A DNA stretch of 64,000 nucleotides from an uncultured delta proteobacterium (GCA_963808235.1 CAWEEQ010000004.1:448001-512000), one strand, 5' to 3'; shown: positions 10,202 through 19,774, counted from the stretch's first letter. The notes: generated by a model not told the origin, from the sequence alone. Numbers and translations: made by a program.

Positions 10202-11230
10202 ATGCAGAATGACTGGCGAGATCTGATTAAACCCAAGACTGTCGAGTTCGACGAGAAGGAAGTCACTCCTTCCTACGGCAAGTTTTCCGCGGAGCCGCTC
10301 GAACGCGGCTACGGAATCACCGTTGGCAACGCGCTCCGGCGCATCCTGCTATCCACGCTGCCCGGCTATGCGATCACGGCGGTGCGGATCAAGAATGTCC
10401 TCCACGAGTTTTCCACGCTCGCGGGCGTCAAGGAGGACGTGACCGATATCGTCCTCAACTTGAAGGAAATCCGGCTCCGCCTCCATGAGGGCGAGCAGAT
10501 TACCGCGACGCTTAAAGTGAAGGGCGAAGCGCAGGTCACCGCGCGCGATATCACCGGCGGACCCAGCCTCGAAGTGCTGACCCCCGACAAGCATATCGCG
10601 TCGCTCGACAAGGGCGCCGAACTCGACATGGAACTCGTCATCAAGCGCGGCCGTGGATACGTGCCCGGCGAGCGCACCGAGGACGAGGAAGCCATCGGCA
10701 CGATTCGCCTCGACGCGATCTTTTCGCCGATTCGCAAGGTCAACTTCACCGTGACCAACGCGCGCGTCGGCCAGCGCACGGACTACGATCGCCTTGCGCT
10801 CGAAATATGGACCGACGGCTCGATCAATCCGCGTGAGGCGCTGACCTATGCGGCGCGCGTGATGCGCGATCAGATGACGATTTTCGCGGGCGTCGAAGAA
10901 GAAGCCGAAGTCCCCGCAGGTGCTGCCGAGGGCGGCGATGTGCGTCCGAGCCTAAGCGAGCTCCTCTACCGTCCGGTCGAGGGCCTGCCGATCTCGGTGC
11001 GCGCATTCAACGGCCTCCAGAATGCCGACATCAAGTATATCGGCGAACTGGTCCAGCGCACCGAGCAGGACATGCTGAAGATCAAGAACTTCGGCCGCAA
11101 ATCGCTGAACGAGATCAAGGAAGTCCTGGCCGACATGGGCCTCTCGCTCGGGATGCGCCTGGAGAATCTCCCCCCACGCGGCGAACTGGACCGCATGTGG
11201 GAAGAACAAGAACGCCGCGAGTCCGCTTAG
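10202..11230 (+). CDS. rpoA: DNA-directed RNA polymerase subunit alpha
   Basis: EPLERGYGITVGNALRRILLS, HEFSTL, RVGQRTDYDRL, KNFGRKSLNEI; ATG at 10202. Confidence 0.98.
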   Translation: MQNDWRDLIKPKTVEFDEKEVTPSYGKFSAEPLERGYGITVGNALRRILLSTLPGYAITAVRIKNVLHEFSTLAGVKEDVTDIVLNLKEIRLRLHEGEQITATLKVKGEAQVTARDITGGPSLEVLTPDKHIASLDKGAELDMELVIKRGRGYVPGERTEDEEAIGTIRLDAIFSPIRKVNFTVTNARVGQRTDYDRLALEIWTDGSINPREALTYAARVMRDQMTIFAGVEEEAEVPAGAAEGGDVRPSLSELLYRPVEGLPISVRAFNGLQNADIKYIGELVQRTEQDMLKIKNFGRKSLNEIKEVLADMGLSLGMRLENLPPRGELDRMWEEQERRESA

Positions 11231-11432
11231 GGGTTAGGTACCTGAGCGGAAGCGAATGGACCCGGGTGTTTCCCGTCTTTGTGTCATCCTGAGCGAAGCG
11301 AAGGAACCTGGATCTTTCTCGGCGCGAACGGATGCAGTAACGAAATATTCGCCATCGCCTCCTGACCGCGCGATTGTTCCCCACTCGCCGGGGGCGATTC
11401 CCTCGAGGGAAGGGGTTAGGGGTTAGGTTGGG
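11227..11432. repeat. Patchwork of REP/MITE-like short repeats in the rpoA-rplQ spacer
   Basis: TTAGGGGTTAGGT at 11227-11239 and 11416-11428; CCTGAGCGGAAGCGAATGGA (11241) vs GTCATCCTGAGCGAAGCGAAGGA (11283). Confidence 0.6.
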
Positions 11433-11494
11433 ATTGGTCAGGTGAGTGTCCCTCAACGGTTAGAGAAGGTGGAAAGTCTGGAGAATTAAAGCCG

Positions 11495-11944
11495 ATGCGT
11501 CATCTAAACTCGGGCCGCAAGCTCAATCGCACCTCCGCGCATCGCAAAGCGCTGTTCAAGAACATGGTCCTGGCCCTGATTCGTCACGAGCGAATCAAAA
11601 CCACCGATCCGAAAGCCAAGGAACTCCGCCGAATCGCCGATCGGATGGTCACCTTGGGCAAGCAGGGCGATCTCGCCGCCCGCCGCCGCGCATTCGCCTT
11701 CATGCAATCGCATGACGCGGTAAAAAAACTCTTCGACGAAATCGCCCCCCGCTTCAAAGAACGCCAGGGCGGCTACACGAGAGTGATAAAATTCGGCCAC
11801 CGAAGAGGCGACGCCGCGATGCTCTCGATAATCGAATTCACCGGCACCGAAGAAGAGACGAAATCCAAAAAACCAAAAAAACGCCCCCGCAAAGACACCA
11901 CTCCCGCAGAAACCCCCCGTAGAGCCCGAGCCGCCGCCGGCTGA
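11495..11944 (+). CDS. rplQ: 50S ribosomal protein L17
   Basis: [47 protein letters not shown]. Confidence 0.98.
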   Translation: MRHLNSGRKLNRTSAHRKALFKNMVLALIRHERIKTTDPKAKELRRIADRMVTLGKQGDLAARRRAFAFMQSHDAVKKLFDEIAPRFKERQGGYTRVIKFGHRRGDAAMLSIIEFTGTEEETKSKKPKKRPRKDTTPAETPRRARAAAG

Positions 11945-11970
11945 TCTGCGTCTCCTCAAGAACAGACCTC

Positions 11971-12002
11971 AAAGGCACGAAGAATAAATCTTCGTGCCTT
12001 TT
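11971..12002 (+). terminator. Intrinsic terminator of the ribosomal superoperon (possibly bidirectional)
   Basis: AAAGGCACGAAGA-ATAAA-TCTTCGTGCCTTT perfect 13-bp stem followed by T-rich tract. Confidence 0.88.
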
Positions 12003-12021
12003 CCTTTCTGTCCCGCCGGAC

Positions 12022-15000
12022 GTGAGCTCGCGCGCAGACATCTCTGCCTTACCGACCGACCTAGCGAGCCTTCGATTGGCTGGTGCGGAGACTAACCAAA
12101 CCGTGGTTCAGTCACCCATCGTTCTCGAGACCACGGATGCAATTCGGCGTTTGGTAGAACACTCTCGACCAGAGTCCTCTCCTGTGGCCGGAACTCTCGG
12201 CTATGCAGCAACGGCTCGACTAGTCGACAAGGATCTGTTGATTAGGTCTCGGGTACCTGAGATCAGCTGCACAATCGAAGAAAGCTTCTGGATCGCTGCG
12301 AGCCAAGCACTAAGCGAAGATACAGGTCTGGCATTCGATCGAAACGATGCTGGAAGAATAGGCGACTTAGAATTACTGGACTTTCCGTCAGGCGATGTTT
12401 ACGGACGGTCATCAGTTGAATGGGCGCCGATTGTCACGCGACAAACATCAACTGCCGGGACGGTCGTCAAAACCGATTGTAGAGCGGTCGAAGTCCGCGT
12501 CACGAAGTCCGCTTCGAATGCTTTCGCCGCCGCCTCTTCGGTCTACATTAGATGCGAAATCCGCAGTGACAATGAAATTATTTCCGATGATATTCGCGAG
12601 GTTTCCTTTGACGGCGACCGCATAGTGCAGAAGTTCGATGCCCCTGAGCAGATTTGTAAGGTTGGCATTTCTGTTTGGGCCGTGAGCGAGGATCGGGGCA
12701 CGCTGGTTTATCAAGAACATGGTACGCTCGTCCGACAAATCGTCTCTAACTTTGGTGTAGTCGGCGCGGTCGGTAGACTGCAAGGAGGGTGGTCGAACCA
12801 TATCAATCCCAAGGGAGCCGAGGGCCGCGTCGCAGAGGCAGAATCGTTCAAACGCATTCACTATGAGCGCCGCGATATTGGAAGCTACGAAAACGATTCG
12901 TGGGTGCCGGCGGCTCGAAAGCAGCGGGAAAAAATGCTGCGATTGCGCCCCGATGTATCAGGTGCGCGCTTCTTTCCGATCGGTTGGGAACCTGAATTTG
13001 CGACTTGGCTCAAAGAACTTACCTCGGTAGTCGACATCGAGCGAGTGCTCCTAGTCGATCCGTACTTTGATTCGGCTGGGCTCATCTCGCTGATCGCGCG
13101 CGCTGGAGTTCAGAACGCGAAATACTCGGTTCTGACGGCGTTCAATCACCGCCCCAAAGGCGGCAAGGTGAGTCGCCCGCGCCTGATAGAACGGTGCGAG
13201 CAGTTGCGCGCCGTGTTGCCGACTTACTTTCGCATCGAGGAAATTGGCCCCTCAGGGGCTGGCGACGACGCACTGATTCATGATCGGTACCTGATGCTTT
13301 GGAACCGAGCTGGAGAAGTTGTTCGAGCATTCAGTCTTACCAACTCACTGCAAGGAGCAACGCGTGAGCATCCCATGCTGGCAACGCCCATACCGGCGGA
13401 CGTGCTTCCGAAAGTAGTGTCATATATTCGGGAGATCCAAAGCGGCAAACACCCTCGCGGCACTGCAGTTACCGTAAAGACGCTTTGGGACAAGTACCCC
13501 GCCGAACGCAAGAGGGCCGCCGCGACCGGACCAGATTATCGCGTGATCGCTGAAGTATTGCTCAGCAAACACTTTGATAGCAATTTGTCTGCGCAAGCGG
13601 CTCTGGATGGCGCCGGTATGTGCGACTCGGCGACCAACCAATTCAATCTCGAAGCTGTGAAGCGTCGTCTGATTGGTCCAGAACTAGGAAAGTCCCGCCG
13701 GGTTCGCATGTCAATCAAGCGTTGGTCGGCACTTTCAGAAGTCAGCGTACGCACGGACGAGGAGGCCGGTCTAAGCCTCTTGCACGATGTCGTCGCGACA
13801 GGGAGCTCAGGACTAGATATCGTTGAAGAGGTCATTGTTAGAGCGCCGGTCCGACGGATGCCGTCAGGCACCGCGGATGCTGAAGTTGTGGCTGAAGATT
13901 TGACCATGGCAAGTGCGGTGCTTCATCCGTTTCCCCAGGCACTGAAATACGCAGACTCATTGCTTGATAGGCCATGGGAGTTTCGAGGTTTGTCGGTTTG
14001 GCCGCTGACTCAAGCCGTTAACTACTTGGCAGCAAAGCATCCGAATCGGCTCGTTCGTGCTATGGAGCGGCTCATTGATTGCTATTCGCCGACGCTTCGC
14101 GATGGCGGAGCGACCCCCGCTACGTATCCGGTGGCACGTGCGATTTCAATCGCACTTAGCCACGTTAGTGCATCGTTTTACCGGGCGGCGCGCGAAGCTC
14201 TTGAGACCGCTTTCATCTCAAGCCGAGTTGGGCTTCTTAGGGCCGTCGGTGCGGCGTCCTTGTCAGATCGCTTCATCAATGGACAGACCGTTCATGAGAG
14301 CTGTCTGACGAGCCTCCACCTATCGGTCGATGAACAGGTGTACGCCATGGCCCACATACACAACTCATTGCTATTTCAAAGGCCGAAGGTGGGAGGATCG
14401 TCCTCATCACCGTACGACGCAGCTACGATCGACTCCAAGCTTTCTATTTCTCGGCGCCTGTTGTCTGAGAGCATTCCCCCGAATTTGACGATAGAGAAAT
14501 TGCGTGAACTGGCTCACGCGATCAGCGGAGCTTTCGAAGGGGGCAATGCGATGGAACTCCAACGCCTGTTCGACGACGCCGCAAAGATTGGTACATTGGA
14601 GATCGGGCTCGCGCATCGCCTGTTTTTTCAACTTCTTTGCGATAAACTCTCGCTATTCTTCGCCACGGATAGCCGGCCTAACTTCTATCTTCCGGTTGAT
14701 GGCCCGCTTACGCTCGTCACCGCACAAATCTGCGAATCTGCCAACGCGGAATCTTGCGCGGTCCTCTCTAGCGAGCTAGCTCGGATCGGCGATCAATTGC
14801 TAAATCAATTGAGGGCGCCCTTCCTTCGGTCGAGAAACTATACTTCCTGGAGGAACGCGCGTGATGGTGCGCTCTGGATAGTTGCGTTCACTGACGTACT
14901 TGAGAGTGTATCTGCGGCTGGAGTCGAAGTTCCTGCCAACCTCACCATGTTCCGTTCGGATCTTGAATCGGCTTTGAGGCCATTTCCGGACGAAGAGAGA

Positions 15001-15111
15001 TTTGGTTCTCATATAGATTGGTTCGCAACGTATGTACGACAAGCCCGCGGGAGAATCAGCGCCATAGAGCTTGCCAAGCAGCTTCACCGAACACTGGCAT
15101 CCGCCCACTAG
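12022..15111 (+). CDS. VPA1262-family-like large protein with PLD-like nuclease motifs; possibly 5'-truncated
   Basis: 1029-aa open frame; DTGLAF...RIGDLELLDFP, VLLVDPYFDSAGL, IHDRYLML, FSLTNSLQ; atypical codon usage with many A/T-ending codons. Confidence 0.65.
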   Translation: MSSRADISALPTDLASLRLAGAETNQTVVQSPIVLETTDAIRRLVEHSRPESSPVAGTLGYAATARLVDKDLLIRSRVPEISCTIEESFWIAASQALSEDTGLAFDRNDAGRIGDLELLDFPSGDVYGRSSVEWAPIVTRQTSTAGTVVKTDCRAVEVRVTKSASNAFAAASSVYIRCEIRSDNEIISDDIREVSFDGDRIVQKFDAPEQICKVGISVWAVSEDRGTLVYQEHGTLVRQIVSNFGVVGAVGRLQGGWSNHINPKGAEGRVAEAESFKRIHYERRDIGSYENDSWVPAARKQREKMLRLRPDVSGARFFPIGWEPEFATWLKELTSVVDIERVLLVDPYFDSAGLISLIARAGVQNAKYSVLTAFNHRPKGGKVSRPRLIERCEQLRAVLPTYFRIEEIGPSGAGDDALIHDRYLMLWNRAGEVVRAFSLTNSLQGATREHPMLATPIPADVLPKVVSYIREIQSGKHPRGTAVTVKTLWDKYPAERKRAAATGPDYRVIAEVLLSKHFDSNLSAQAALDGAGMCDSATNQFNLEAVKRRLIGPELGKSRRVRMSIKRWSALSEVSVRTDEEAGLSLLHDVVATGSSGLDIVEEVIVRAPVRRMPSGTADAEVVAEDLTMASAVLHPFPQALKYADSLLDRPWEFRGLSVWPLTQAVNYLAAKHPNRLVRAMERLIDCYSPTLRDGGATPATYPVARAISIALSHVSASFYRAAREALETAFISSRVGLLRAVGAASLSDRFINGQTVHESCLTSLHLSVDEQVYAMAHIHNSLLFQRPKVGGSSSSPYDAATIDSKLSISRRLLSESIPPNLTIEKLRELAHAISGAFEGGNAMELQRLFDDAAKIGTLEIGLAHRLFFQLLCDKLSLFFATDSRPNFYLPVDGPLTLVTAQICESANAESCAVLSSELARIGDQLLNQLRAPFLRSRNYTSWRNARDGALWIVAFTDVLESVSAAGVEVPANLTMFRSDLESALRPFPDEERFGSHIDWFATYVRQARGRISAIELAKQLHRTLASAH

Positions 15112-15185
15112 TCAATTAGCCCGCCTTCAAGAAAGCGACACATCGCCGTCCTTAGTTACTCCATGCTGCTATTGCAACCCAATAG

Positions 15186-15380
15186 TTACTCACGGGCGAG
15201 CTTGCCGCTCTTGATGAGTCCTGCTTTCACCTTATCGAGCGGAATCCGCTTTTCGTGCCGGCGCGACCGCGAGACAAGCACATCCTGGAGGTCTTCCCAT
15301 AGCTCCCGATGCTTTGTCAGGTCGATTTGAACGGCTACCTTGCGGCCCTTCTCATCGGTCAGGTATCGGATTCCGGTCAT
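15186..15380 (-). CDS. Small RelB-like antitoxin candidate (orphan)
   Basis: MTGIRYLTDEKGRKVAVQIDL...LWEDLQD...IPLDKVK pattern typical of type II antitoxins upstream of RelE/ParE toxins; GGAGG upstream. Confidence 0.55.
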   Translation of the reverse strand: MTGIRYLTDEKGRKVAVQIDLTKHRELWEDLQDVLVSRSRRHEKRIPLDKVKAGLIKSGKLARE

Positions 15381-15456
15381 GGCTTCGTTCTTTCCTCCAT
15401 GCGATCGCATCGGCGAATCCGACGCCTCTCTGCAGCAGCAGTCGATCTTACGCCGC

Positions 15457-15846
15457 TTATATCATTTTGGAATTCATCGCCGGTTGGAGCATTTCCCCGC
15501 CAATTGTCATTATCGGGCGCACCTCGATTGTGCCGAGTTTCGCGAGGGGAATTTTTGTCGCGATCTCGACCGCCTCGTCCATATTCGCCGCGTCGACCAG
15601 GATGAAGCCGCCCAAATGCTCTTTGGTTTCGGCGAACGGTCCGTCGGTAATCTTTGCCTTGCCGCGGCGAACTCGCACGGTACGCGCGCTGCTGACCGGC
15701 TGGAGCGCATCGGAACCCAGGTAGCGGCCACTGCGGTCAAGCTCCTTATCATAGGCGATAGAGTCGCGGTCCAAAGTCGTTTTTTCGCTCGGCGTAAGTC
15801 CCGCCAACGTTCGCGGCTCGAAATAAACCAGGCACAGAAATTTCAT
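15457..15846 (-). CDS. YciI/DGPF-domain protein
   Basis: ALQPVSSARTVRVR, ITDGPFAETKEHLGGFILVD, GTIEVRPI. Confidence 0.92.
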   Translation of the reverse strand: MKFLCLVYFEPRTLAGLTPSEKTTLDRDSIAYDKELDRSGRYLGSDALQPVSSARTVRVRRGKAKITDGPFAETKEHLGGFILVDAANMDEAVEIATKIPLAKLGTIEVRPIMTIGGEMLQPAMNSKMI

Positions 15847-15896
15847 CGTTTAACTCCTTGCGCAGCGTCGATCGATTGATGCGCCAACATAGGTGA

Positions 15897-15923
15897 GTCG
15901 TTCGAGCTCCAACGGGATCGACA
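15897..15923 (-). promoter_or_regulatory. ECF42-type promoter for DGPF gene 1
   Basis: Minus strand TGTCGA-N17-CGAC, same layout as upstream of DGPF gene 2. Confidence 0.7.
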
Positions 15924-15994
15924 TTCCAACTTTCCAACGGGCTGTCAGGCCGCATATTCTCTGATAAACTTCCGATTACAGGCGGCAAAATATA

Positions 15995-17443
15995 ATGTCC
16001 AACGAACTCGTTGCTCCCGATAAATTCTTTCTGAACCGCTTCGGCATGAACCACGGCGCGCTCGAGCGAATCCTCGGCAGCGCGCTCGAACGCAAAGCCG
16101 ATTACGCCGATCTCTACTTCGAGTACCGCAGCTCGGAAGGCCTCGGTCTCGAAGAGTCGATGGTTAATCACACCAGCAAATCGGTCAGCCACGGCGTCGG
16201 CGTCCGCGTATGCGCCGACGATCGCACCGGCTACGCCTACTCCGACGAGGTGACGATCGACCGGATGCGCCTCGCCGCCGAGGCCGCCCGCGCGATCGCC
16301 GATCAGCGCGGCGCCGCGCCCGCCGCAGTGCAGGTCGGCACACCGGCCGCGCATCATGCGCTCTACGATCTCCCGAGCACCCCGCTCGACGTTCCAGTAG
16401 AGGAGCGCGCGAAATTGCTCAGCGAGATCGATAAGGTGGTGCGAGCCTACGATCCGCGCGTGAAAAACGTGATGGCGTCGTTCGCATGCGAGCAGAAGAT
16501 CGTGATGATCGTGAACAGCGACGGCCAAGTCGCCGCGGACATGCAGCCGTTATGCCGCCTCAACGTGACCGTTATTGCCGACGACGGCAAGGGCCGGCAA
16601 GCCGGCTCGTATGGTGGCGGCGGCCGAGTCGAGTGGAAATATTTTCTCGAGAACGAGCGCTGGCGCGAGTATGCGATCGAAGCGGCGCGGCAGGCGATCG
16701 TCAATCTCGACGCGGTTGATGCGCCCGCGGGCGAGATGGTTGTGGTGCTGGGCAACGGATGGCCGGGGATTCTGCTCCATGAGGCAATCGGTCACGGCCT
16801 CGAAGGCGACTTCAACCGCAAGGGCACATCGGCGTTCGCGAATCGAATCGGGGAGAAGGTCGCCAGCGAACTCTGTACGGTTATCGACGATGGGACTATC
16901 CCGAATCGGCGCGGCAGTTTGAATGTCGACGACGAAGGCACCAAGACCTCGCGCACCGTGCTGATCGAAAAGGGAATTCTGCGCGGTTATCTGCAGGATC
17001 GGATGAACGCGCGGCTGATGAAGATGGCGCCGACGGGCAACGGGCGGCGTGAGAGCTTCGCGCATTCTCCAATGCCGCGCATGACCAATACCTTCATGCT
17101 GGCCGGCGAATCGACGCCCGAGGAGATCATCAAGTCGGTGCAGAACGGACTCTACGCGGTCAGCTTCGGCGGCGGACAGGTCGATATTACCAATGGCAAA
17201 TTTGTTTTCTCCGCGAGCGAGGCTTACCTGATTGAAGACGGGAAAGTGACCCGGCCGGTGAAGGGCGCGACGCTTATCGGCAACGGGCCCGACGTTCTCA
17301 CCCGCGTCTCGATGGTGGGCAACGACCTGGCGCTCGACGCGGGCGTCGGGACCTGTGGCAAGGACGGGCAGTCGGTGCCGGTGGGCGTGGGGCTGCCGAC
17401 GATTCGAATCGACGGCATAACGGTCGGCGGCACTCGCGCCTGA
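15995..17443 (+). CDS. tldD: Metalloprotease TldD
   Basis: DYADLYFEY, GWPGILLHEAIGHGLEGDFNRKG, PMPRMTNT, CGKDGQSVPVGVG. Confidence 0.96.
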   Translation: MSNELVAPDKFFLNRFGMNHGALERILGSALERKADYADLYFEYRSSEGLGLEESMVNHTSKSVSHGVGVRVCADDRTGYAYSDEVTIDRMRLAAEAARAIADQRGAAPAAVQVGTPAAHHALYDLPSTPLDVPVEERAKLLSEIDKVVRAYDPRVKNVMASFACEQKIVMIVNSDGQVAADMQPLCRLNVTVIADDGKGRQAGSYGGGGRVEWKYFLENERWREYAIEAARQAIVNLDAVDAPAGEMVVVLGNGWPGILLHEAIGHGLEGDFNRKGTSAFANRIGEKVASELCTVIDDGTIPNRRGSLNVDDEGTKTSRTVLIEKGILRGYLQDRMNARLMKMAPTGNGRRESFAHSPMPRMTNTFMLAGESTPEEIIKSVQNGLYAVSFGGGQVDITNGKFVFSASEAYLIEDGKVTRPVKGATLIGNGPDVLTRVSMVGNDLALDAGVGTCGKDGQSVPVGVGLPTIRIDGITVGGTRA

Positions 17444-17458
17444 CGCTGGGAAATACCG

Positions 17459-18805
17459 ATGGCTTTGGATTTGGAACTCGCCAATTGGGCGCTCGACGAG
17501 GCAAAGAAGAAAGGCGCGAGCGCCGCGGAAGTTTTGTGTGTTACCGGAGAGTCGCTCATGGCCGGGGTGCGGATGGGCGAGGTCGAGAAGCTCAAGAGTT
17601 CGCGCGAGCGGCGGCTCGGCCTGCGCGTATTCTGCGGGCAGTCTTCCGCGACTTCGTCGACGGCCGAGATCGAGCGCGACGCGCTGGTGGATTTCGTCGC
17701 GCATACGGTCGAGTTGGCGCGTTTGTCGGCGTCCGATCCGTGGGCGGGGCTTCCAGAGCCATCGCTGCATCCCAAGTCATTGCCCGAACTCTCTTTGGCC
17801 GATCCTGACAGCGGCATCGTGGATGCTGACCGTGCACTCGAGATTGCGCGTCGCGGCGAGAATGCGGCGCTTAAATTCGATCCGAGGATCAAGAATTCCG
17901 GCGGCGCTGAATTCAGCTCCGGGCGTGGCCAGGTGCTGTTCGCCAACAGCCAGGGATTTTCAGGCGAGTATGCCGGCACGTCTTACTCGCTCGTGGTCGG
18001 ACCGATCGCCCAGGAAGGCGAGGCGATGCAGCAGGGATACTGGTACACCTCGAATCGGCGCTTCGGAAAACTCGAAGACGCGGAGTCGGTCGGCGTCACT
18101 TCAGCGAAGCGGGCACTCAGGCGTCTTGGCGCGCGCAAGATCAAGACGACCCGCGCGCCGGTCGTGTTCGATCCGCAGATGGCGGCGGGACTAATTCGAT
18201 CGATCGTCGGCGCCGCCTCGGGCCCGTCGCTCTACAAGGGCGCATCGTTCCTGGTCGGGCAGTTGGGAAATCGGATCGCCGCCCCCGGTGTCGCGATTAT
18301 CGACGACGCGCTGATCCCCGCGGGTCTCGGCTCCAAGCCCTTCGACGGCGAGGGCCTGCCGACTTCGCGCCGGCATGTGGTCGAGAAGGGCGTGCTGACC
18401 TCGTATCTGCTCGACTGCTACTCGGCGCGCAAGCTGGGCCTGGCGCCGACGGGCAATGCGGCGCGCTCGGTGGGCGACGCTCCGACCGTATCGACCACTA
18501 ATCTATATCTCGAGCCGGGCAGCTACACGCCCGAGCAGATAATCGGCTCGGTGAAGCAGGGACTCTACCTGACCGAGACAATCGGCTTCGGGGTGAACAT
18601 GGTTACCGGCGACTACTCGCGGGGCGCGAGCGGAATCTGGATCGAGGACGGTGAGCTTGCCTATCCGGTGCAGGAAATCACGATCGCAGGCAATCTCAAG
18701 GACATGATGGGCGGGATCGAGATGATCGGGAACGACCTCGAATGGCGATCTTCCACCGCGGCGCCGACGATCAAGATAACTGAGATGATGATCGCGGGCG
18801 CCTGA
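17459..18805 (+). CDS. pmbA: TldE/PmbA family protein
   Basis: PFDGEG, GFGVNMVTGDYSRGASG, YPVQEITIAGNL; follows tldD. Confidence 0.93.
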   Translation: MALDLELANWALDEAKKKGASAAEVLCVTGESLMAGVRMGEVEKLKSSRERRLGLRVFCGQSSATSSTAEIERDALVDFVAHTVELARLSASDPWAGLPEPSLHPKSLPELSLADPDSGIVDADRALEIARRGENAALKFDPRIKNSGGAEFSSGRGQVLFANSQGFSGEYAGTSYSLVVGPIAQEGEAMQQGYWYTSNRRFGKLEDAESVGVTSAKRALRRLGARKIKTTRAPVVFDPQMAAGLIRSIVGAASGPSLYKGASFLVGQLGNRIAAPGVAIIDDALIPAGLGSKPFDGEGLPTSRRHVVEKGVLTSYLLDCYSARKLGLAPTGNAARSVGDAPTVSTTNLYLEPGSYTPEQIIGSVKQGLYLTETIGFGVNMVTGDYSRGASGIWIEDGELAYPVQEITIAGNLKDMMGGIEMIGNDLEWRSSTAAPTIKITEMMIAGA

Positions 18806-18939
18806 GCTGCGTTTGCTCCCCTAAAAAGGCCTCCATTTCGATAGTTACGACCGCTTGACGCATCTCCCTGCGTGAGATAACAGTTTGTAGGGTTTATTTA
18901 CACATCGGCCGTCACGAGTGCAGCCGCAAGGAGACGCGT

Positions 18940-19752
18940 ATGAACCTTCAAGTCTCGGCGCAAGTCCATGAGAGGCTGCTTGCCAAGCTCTCATCGATGG
19001 GCCTGCCGCGTGAAGCGGCGGCCACTCTGCTGGAACGCCACATGGTGGTGCGATATCCAAAGGGCGCGGAACTATTCTCCAAGGGATCGCCCGCCGACGT
19101 GGTTTTCGCGGTCATGACCGGCGTGGTCAAGGTTCACAGCTCGCGACCGGGCAGCGATCGCGTGCTGGTCGAATTGGCTGGACCGGGCGACCTGGTTGGA
19201 TACGCAGATTTCTCCGACGTGGACGGCGAGCGATCGCAACTTTTCGAGGCGGCGGCCCTGACCAACTGCTGCGTCGCGTTGTTCACCCGCCATCACATTG
19301 CGGAAGTTCTCAAGGGCCTCGAGCCCGAGGCCTTGCTTAAAATTGCCGAGTCGATCAATTCGATATGGTCAGGTGTCGCCTACCGCTACGCGTCGTTCCT
19401 CGGAATGTCGCTGCGCAAACGGCTTGAGGTGGTTCTGGCCGAATTGGCGGAACGCTTCGGGGTGCCGGATTCTCGCGGAACGCTCCTGATGCCGGAACTT
19501 GCGCAGGAGGAACTCGCCGAGATGATCGGCAGTTCGCGCCCGATGGTGAGCAAGCTTTTGACTGAGATGACAGAGCGGGGCGTCCTCATCCGCGAGGGCA
19601 GGCGGCACATCCTGCTGACCGCGCCGAAGCCGGCCACTGTCGGTTCGCCGGCGCGTGAAGCGGGCTTGCATCCGGCGTTCGAGCCCAATGGCCGCGTGCG
19701 CGCGGAACGTCGCACGACGCGTGGCAATCCGGCGCCAGCCGCGAACGTCTAG
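18940..19752 (+). CDS. Crp/Fnr family transcriptional regulator
   Basis: cNMP-binding-like N-terminus (LFSKGSPAD, GPGDLVG) and HTH QEELAEMIGSSRPMVSKLL. Confidence 0.9.
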   Translation: MNLQVSAQVHERLLAKLSSMGLPREAAATLLERHMVVRYPKGAELFSKGSPADVVFAVMTGVVKVHSSRPGSDRVLVELAGPGDLVGYADFSDVDGERSQLFEAAALTNCCVALFTRHHIAEVLKGLEPEALLKIAESINSIWSGVAYRYASFLGMSLRKRLEVVLAELAERFGVPDSRGTLLMPELAQEELAEMIGSSRPMVSKLLTEMTERGVLIREGRRHILLTAPKPATVGSPAREAGLHPAFEPNGRVRAERRTTRGNPAPAANV

Positions 19753-19774
19753 TTCGCAGCCGCGCTCGACGTCG

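Noticed and set aside
11227-11494. CRISPR array or tRNA in the rpoA-rplQ spacer
   Set aside because: Only two copies of each short repeat, no regular spacers, no cloverleaf or T-loop motif, no cas genes
12000-15200. IS element, integron or prophage explaining the foreign gene
   Set aside because: No transposase or integrase, terminal inverted repeats or att-like flanking repeats were found by eye
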